Shown piece after piece: positions 22,954-28,214 of a stretch of DNA of 28,214 nucleotides (the first letter of the stretch is position 1; each line of letters starts with the position of its first letter). The notes under the pieces are model-generated. The model was not told the DNA's origin and did not search any database. It worked only from the letters and a program-made list of their open reading frames with translations. Made by a program: the position numbers and the translations under genes. Where the stretch lies: positions 1-28,214 of the forward strand of contig NW_021833559.1 of NCBI RefSeq assembly GCF_006345805.1, written 5' to 3'. The DNA is from Octopus sinensis (lineage: Eukaryota).

Positions 22954-23944
22954 CACCCACGCACTGGCGGTGCTCCAACATGGCCACAGACTTTGGGCTA
23001 AAACGTATAAAGGATTAAATTAATATACATACATATAATTTTATGTACATGTATGTATATATAGGCAATTTTCATTTTGTCATCCATAAAATGATATTTC
23101 TTTTGTGATGTTTGTTGACGTCAAATTGACACAGTTCCATGTCTTGCAGTATTTGTTTCGACCTTCTGAGTTCATATTGGTCTCATGTCATCTTTATTTT
23201 TCTTTCTTTCAGGGACAATAAATAAAATATCAGTCCAGGTGAATAAGTATGGATTATTTTTGTGTTAGTTGAAAGAGGAATGTTTCTGTAACTACCTCGG
23301 TTTTGTTTATTTTGAGTTCAAATCCTGCCTCATGTCATTGGAAAGAAAGCAGCAAATTGTGTATTGAATTTGTGAAGTTCTTAAACAAGTGTCCAAGTAT
23401 TTCACTATTGATGCCAGTAATCATTTGACAGGGAAGAATGTAAGGTTGTATTAAGAAATCTGTACTCAGAAAACAAATTATTTTTTTCTCGTAAAATCTA
23501 TATGGTTTACTATAAAAGTAATTTATATGTGATTTCATTATTGTTTAAAGCATCTGTTGTTGTTGTTGTTGTTGTTGAGACCTAGGTAGGTGCCATTCAA
23601 CTAAACCCATGATCTTAAGAGTTTCAGATATGAAATCCTGTGATATTGTCGTTATTTACTACATATATTATACAATTCATTCCTTTACTTAAGGTGGAAA
23701 AAATTACGTTCTAACGGTAGTTTGGCATCATTCACTAGTAAGGAGATCGATCAGTTAAAAGTTCCCTCTTCCATATTTTACTTGAGTTGAAGTTGATATT
23801 TAGTATAGCTCAACCTTGATCCATCAGAATATTATAGAATTCTGTACGACAGCATTATCCTAATGTATCATTCCCTTATCCAACGATACGGCTAAATTTA
23901 AAAGAAACTTGAAATGGAGACGTTATGTGTGTCTTTTATCTTTT

Positions 23945-24169
23945 GCGTATTTCAATCAATGAAATGCGGCCATGCTGGGGTACTACCAAGGTTTTAGTCG
24001 ACAAAAAATATATATATATATCAATCCCAGTTTTATTTTTAAAAGTCTGGTACTTGTTCTATTGGTCCCTTTTACCGAATCGCAAAGATATAAATAAACC
24101 AACTCCGGTTGACATACAGTGGTAGAGAGACGAACACAAACTAAAAGGTACGCACTCACACAGACACAG

Positions 24170-24200
<31 letters not shown>

Positions 24201-24306
24201 TGTGTGTATATGACGGGTTTTCCACGGTTTCTGTTTCCCAAGGTGCAATGCACGGGACTGAACCCCAAACCACTTGGTTGCAAAACGAGCTTATTAATCA
24301 CACAAC
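23945..24306 (-). mobile_element. Octopus-type SINE, diverged
   Basis: gcggccatgctgggg...ggtacttgttctattggtcccttttaccgaatcgc...(CA)n...tgacgggttttc...ccaaggtgcaatgcacgggactgaacc. Confidence 0.75.
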
Positions 24307-24708
24307 TTGATTATTATGATTTTAGCCAATGATTTTGGCCTTTAGTTGCAGAATATGTTAACCACATCTGTCAATGTGAAACACTGGGGGACACTGAATG
24401 TTTGATTCTATGTTAAGGCATAAGCATGAATATTTATAACAGTATTCTGTCTGCGCATTTAAATATATAATCCTTTTGGTGTTCCTGTCGTATACCTATG
24501 TGTTCTATTTCACTTAGAAATCAAGTTCTAAATTCGCATTTCTTTCAAACATGTGTGCAATGAGTATGTGCGTGTGTGTGTATGCGTCTGGATGTAAGTA
24601 TATGTAAATGCATGCGTGTGTCCCATTCAACACGCACAAACACACGCACTCACATGCACGAATGTATGTATGTATGTGTGTACGTACACACACACACACA
24701 GACACACA

Positions 24709-24776
<68 letters not shown>

Positions 24777-24793
24777 ATATATAATATATATAT

Positions 24794-25135
24794 GCACGGC
24801 ACCTTGGACAAGTGAGTTCTACTATAGCTTCGGTCCAACCAAAGCCCTGTGAGTGGATTTGACAGACGGAAACAGAAAGAAGCCCGCCGTATATGAATGT
24901 CTGCATGTATGTATGTGTGTATATATCTATTTTTTTGAGTCTGTGTTTGTCACCCCGTCATCGCTTGACAATTGAAGGTTGGTGTGTTTACGTCCCCGTA
25001 AACTAGCGGTTCGGCAAAAGTGACCGATAGAATAAGTACTAGGCTTACAAAGAATAGGTCCTGGGGTCGATTTCCTCGACTAATACCAGAGCACCGCCTT
25101 AAAAGGCGGTGCTCTGGTATGGTCACAGTCAATTG
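24794..25135 (+). mobile_element. Octopus-type SINE, 5'-truncated, with an acquired palindrome
   Basis: ggcaccttggacaagtg...gaaagaagcccgcc...gcggttcggcaaaagtgaccgatagaataagtactaggcttacaaagaata; 18-bp inverted repeat at 25083-25120. Confidence 0.85.
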
Positions 25136-25295
25136 TATACATATATACAATGGTATTATAGTAGGGTTGTAATTACAACGATTTACTAATCGATGCAGTT
25201 AAAAGATGTTTTGGTTTATGTAAAGGTGTATATAGTAAAGAGTTAAAGGTAATAATCATTATTATTAATTATTATTATTATTCATTTTACATATA

Positions 25296-25975
25296 TTCGG
25301 TCGAGTAAAAAGTAAATAACGTTTTGAACCATGAAGAATTTGTACCAGAGTTTTGTAGTTTTGAATTTTTTTTAAAACCTTTTGTTTGCAATTGTCTGAT
25401 TGTCTTTCCCAAATGCATCAATACATTAACATTGATATTCTTTACACCGATGTTACAATCATCTGAAATGGAATTGTCAAAGCGCGATATTCGAGCAATT
25501 TTGCTATTCAACTTCAAAAAAGTACGTAAAGCAGCTGAAACTGTTCGCGATATCAACGAAATGTTTGATGAGAGAATGACCAGTGAGTGGTCAGCTTGAA
25601 AATGGTTTAAGCGATTTCGCAGTGGAGATCGTGAGCGTAGTGGACGCCCATTTGTCATCGATGGCGGTCAATTAAAGAAAGTCATTAAGAAAAATCAACG
25701 TAAAACCACTCGAGAACTGGCAAAAGAACTTGAAGATAGTCAGAAAACTGCCTGCAACTATTTGCATACGGTCGGAAAAAGCTCGACAAATTAGTAACAC
25801 ACGATATGAAATGTGTTCGTCGCTTCTTCTCCGTAACCAGACCGATCCATTTCTTGACCGTACAGTAAGTAACTTGCGATGAAAAGTGGATTCTGTACAA
25901 TAATAGAAAACGTTCTTCGCAGTGGCTGAACTAAAACGAGGCACCGAAAAACCTTCCTTAAACCCGAGCTCTTCA
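25296..25975 (+). mobile_element. Mariner (Tc1/mariner, Hsmar1/cecropia-like) transposase pseudogene with 5' TIR; 3' half missing
   Basis: TA followed by TIR-like ttcggtcgagtaaaaagtaaataacgtttt. ATG at 25468 gives MELSKRDIRAILLFNFKKVRKAAETVRDINEMF...*KWFKRFRSGD..RSGRP...KTTRELAKEL, and VTCDEKWILYNNRKRSSQWL at 25869 carries the first catalytic Asp. Truncated by (TA)n. Confidence 0.9.
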
Positions 25976-26035
25976 TATATATATATATATATATATACAT
26001 ATATATATGTATATACATATATAAATATATATATA

Positions 26036-26235
26036 GGGAGAATTCACGAAAAGCAAAGGACGAAGACAGGTGGTGTAGAAAACAAACAGATGTATTAGTA
26101 TTACGCGCGAGAATTGAAAAAGTTTTTCACGTTTCGAGCCTACGCTCTTCACACAGAAAGGAATACAGAAAGAAACAGGGGAGAAACAGGAGAAGAAAAA
26201 AATGTGTGTAGTGGCTACCGATCTATCATGGTGAC
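26036..26235 (-). mobile_element. Penelope-like element terminal repeat (pseudo-LTR)
   Basis: Minus strand: gtcaccatgatagatcggtagccactacacac...cctttctgtgtgaagagcgtaggctcgaaacgtgaaaa...gaattctccc, flanked by TA-rich repeats. Confidence 0.65.
26124..26160 (-). ncRNA. Minimal hammerhead-ribozyme-like motif (degenerate)
   Basis: CTTT-CTGTGTGA-A-GAGC(GTAG)GCTC-GAAAC-GTG-AAAA. Stem II is intact, the cleavage triplet is GUG (non-permissive) and the core has one extra nucleotide. Confidence 0.45.
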
Positions 26236-26289
26236 ATTACATACATAACATACAAACAACATACATATATATTATATATAGTCTATATA

Positions 26290-27092
26290 TATATTATATA
26301 TAATACAAATAAGAAAATGGAGGAACAAATTCATTTCAATCATCAACTTACAGATATTACCATTTCATATTATTTATTAACTATAGAAATAGGAACATCC
26401 AAATCGAACAAAACAATATACATCAACATTCAAGATAATAATACCATAAGAATAATACACATAAAATGGTCCTTACAGCTGTTTCAGCCTATAGATAAAA
26501 GTATCTCATTCTGCCTATATTAGTCAGATGTATTGAGGTAATATGCATTTAAAAATGAGGTACTTATATATTATAAGTACCTCCAACTTTAGTGTTGACT
26601 TTTCTTAAAATTTCTTTACTAATTTTACCAATTTCTGATTTTGCAGGGTTAATTAGTCTGCATTTAGGATTAGATAGGAAGTTATTTTTATTGTCCTTAA
26701 TAGTTATAAAGGCCTCTTTTGGGGGGAAGGATCTCTTTTTATTTTATCTAATTTAAATCTAGCGGCGATGATACCAGCCTCTTTATTAATGTCATCATAA
26801 ACTTGTGGTCTAGCTTTAGTGTAATCCGTAAGTTGTCATAAAAATATTCTGAGTTTCAAATGCCAGAGATAAGAGCTACGATGCATTCTCATCGGTTATT
26901 AATGACAATAGAAAAAGTGCCGTTTTTTGGAACTTTTTATGTTTTTAATGTCTTTTTTTCAATTTCTGCTGAAAATTGTTAAAGGACTAACGAAATTTGG
27001 CTTTGTTTATCAGATTTAATTTCATGGAATATGTTCCCTGTGGTAGACTCTTCGTTGCTGTAATAGAAGGCCTTCCATCTCATACGTTTAAT
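26290..27092 (-). mobile_element. Penelope-like element: N-terminal RT fragment joined to a terminal region
   Basis: IKRMRWKAFYY at 27092-27060; DINKEAGIIAARFKLD; EAFITIKDNKNNFLSNPKCRLINPAKSEIGKISKEILRKVNTKV at 26716-26585 (PLE RT motif CRLINPAKSEIG); hammerhead 3' half GAAACAGCTGTA at 26485-26474. Confidence 0.85.
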
Positions 27093-27464
27093 ATATATAT
27101 ATTGTGGTTCTTCATATTAGTTCCTCAAACTAACATTTTGTTCTGAATTTGGTTGAAGAGCTACAATTTAGGAGATCCTCTACATGTTCTCTACATGTAT
27201 ATAATTGTTTATTGTATTATAAATTTATTGTATTTATAGCATTATTAATATTATTGTCAATCATAATATCATATTCATAACGTACTGCCTATATTATGAT
27301 GAAACACCTGTAATATGGAATTAAAAATATACCGGATTTTCCAGTTTTTATTTTAATATATACTTACTCAGCAAGTATTATGATTAACCACGATTTTCAA
27401 CTAGTATGCATTATATTTTCATTTAAAATAAAACATTTACATACATAAATTTGATTACTGGAAT

Positions 27465-27648
27465 GTGCAAATGTGCTTCACGCGGACACAGCTCGGATTA
27501 TAACCTCTTTGGTTCTATTCAATTGCGTGGCACATTCGTCAAGTGTCTTCTACTATAGCCTGGGGCGAATCAAAGCCTACTGAATGGACTTAGTAAACTG
27601 AAAGAAGCCCTGTATATGTGTGTATGTGTGTGTGTGTATGTATTTATG

Positions 27649-27693
<45 letters not shown>

Positions 27694-27958
27694 TATACAC
27701 ACACACACATACATATAAGTGTGAGTGCGTATGCGCGTGCGCGTATAAGTGTTTGTGTATATCCTCTACAACAGTTTGACAGCCAGTGTCGTTTTGTTTA
27801 TGCCCTAGTATCTTATCGGTTCGTCAAAAAAGAGTGATAGAATAAGTATCATGCCTATCAGAGAAGAAAAGCACTGGGGTCGATTTGTTTGACTAAACCC
27901 TTCAAAGCAGTACCCCCAGCGTGGGCACAGTCTAATGGAATACGTAAAAATAAGAAAC
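27465..27958 (+). mobile_element. Octopus-type SINE, diverged, with expanded internal microsatellite
   Basis: gcgtggcacattcgtcaagtgtcttctactatagcc...aaactgaaagaagccc-(TG/TA/CA)n-...gatagaataagta...ggggtcgatttgtttgactaaacccttcaa. Confidence 0.8.
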
Positions 27959-28214
27959 AATACACATACACACAAACACACACACGCCCCCCCCCCACCA
28001 CACACACATACACACACATACACACACATACACGCACATGCATGCATACATATCTGCGTGTCTGTTTGCCTGTCTCTCTCTCTTTCTCTCTCTGTACACA
28101 CACAACACACACACACCCACCCAAAAGATTTCGAAAATGCCTTGACGTTATATATTATTCAATAGTACAATGCGAAAAATGTCAGGAATTTGTTTGTTGC
28201 TCTCACTCACTCTC

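Noticed and set aside
23213-23238. 26-nt plus-strand exon-like segment with a strong polypyrimidine tract (TINKISVQ)
   Set aside because: It is isolated, with no compatible partner or homology, and strong acceptors arise readily in T-rich introns.
25324-25599. 91-aa ORF as a domesticated mariner-derived gene
   Set aside because: It is a TTG-initiated read-in to the transposase N-terminus that ends at a premature stop in the helix-turn-helix region. Downstream stops and frameshifts indicate neutral decay.
17-27958. tRNA genes suggested by A/B-box-like SINE heads
   Set aside because: There is no complete cloverleaf, and the heads continue into SINE bodies.
237-28165. Most ORFs in the supplied track (YI/HT/CV/LS/MYVC-rich peptides)
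   Set aside because: They are translations of (TA)n, (CA)n, (CT)n and (TATG)n microsatellites, which lack stops in several frames. They carry no coding signal.
1-28214. CRISPR arrays, operons or other prokaryotic systems
   Set aside because: There is no repeat-spacer periodicity and no long ORFs; the sequence is clearly repeat-rich animal DNA.

Overview
This is AT-rich, microsatellite-saturated metazoan genomic DNA. It is most likely from an octopus (coleoid cephalopod), inferred from about 9 full or partial copies of a tRNA-headed SINE I recognise as octopus-type. No protein-coding gene can be called with confidence, and nearly all ORFs in the supplied track are translations of simple repeats. 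Identifiable content is mostly decayed transposons: an RTE-clade LINE fragment (13.6-14.4 kb), a mariner remnant (25.3-26.0 kb), a Penelope-like (PLE) RT fragment plus two PLE terminal (pseudo-LTR) pieces carrying hammerhead-ribozyme-like motifs, three Helitron/HINE-like elements and several SINE families. The most notable items are three minimal hammerhead-like motifs, a 29-bp hairpin (9396-9461) that is fully paired only on the minus strand, inverted SINE pairs (possible ADAR substrates), two junction palindromes, and a tentative phase-compatible chain of three small minus-strand exons ending in a stop and AATAAA. All alignments and translations were done by eye.
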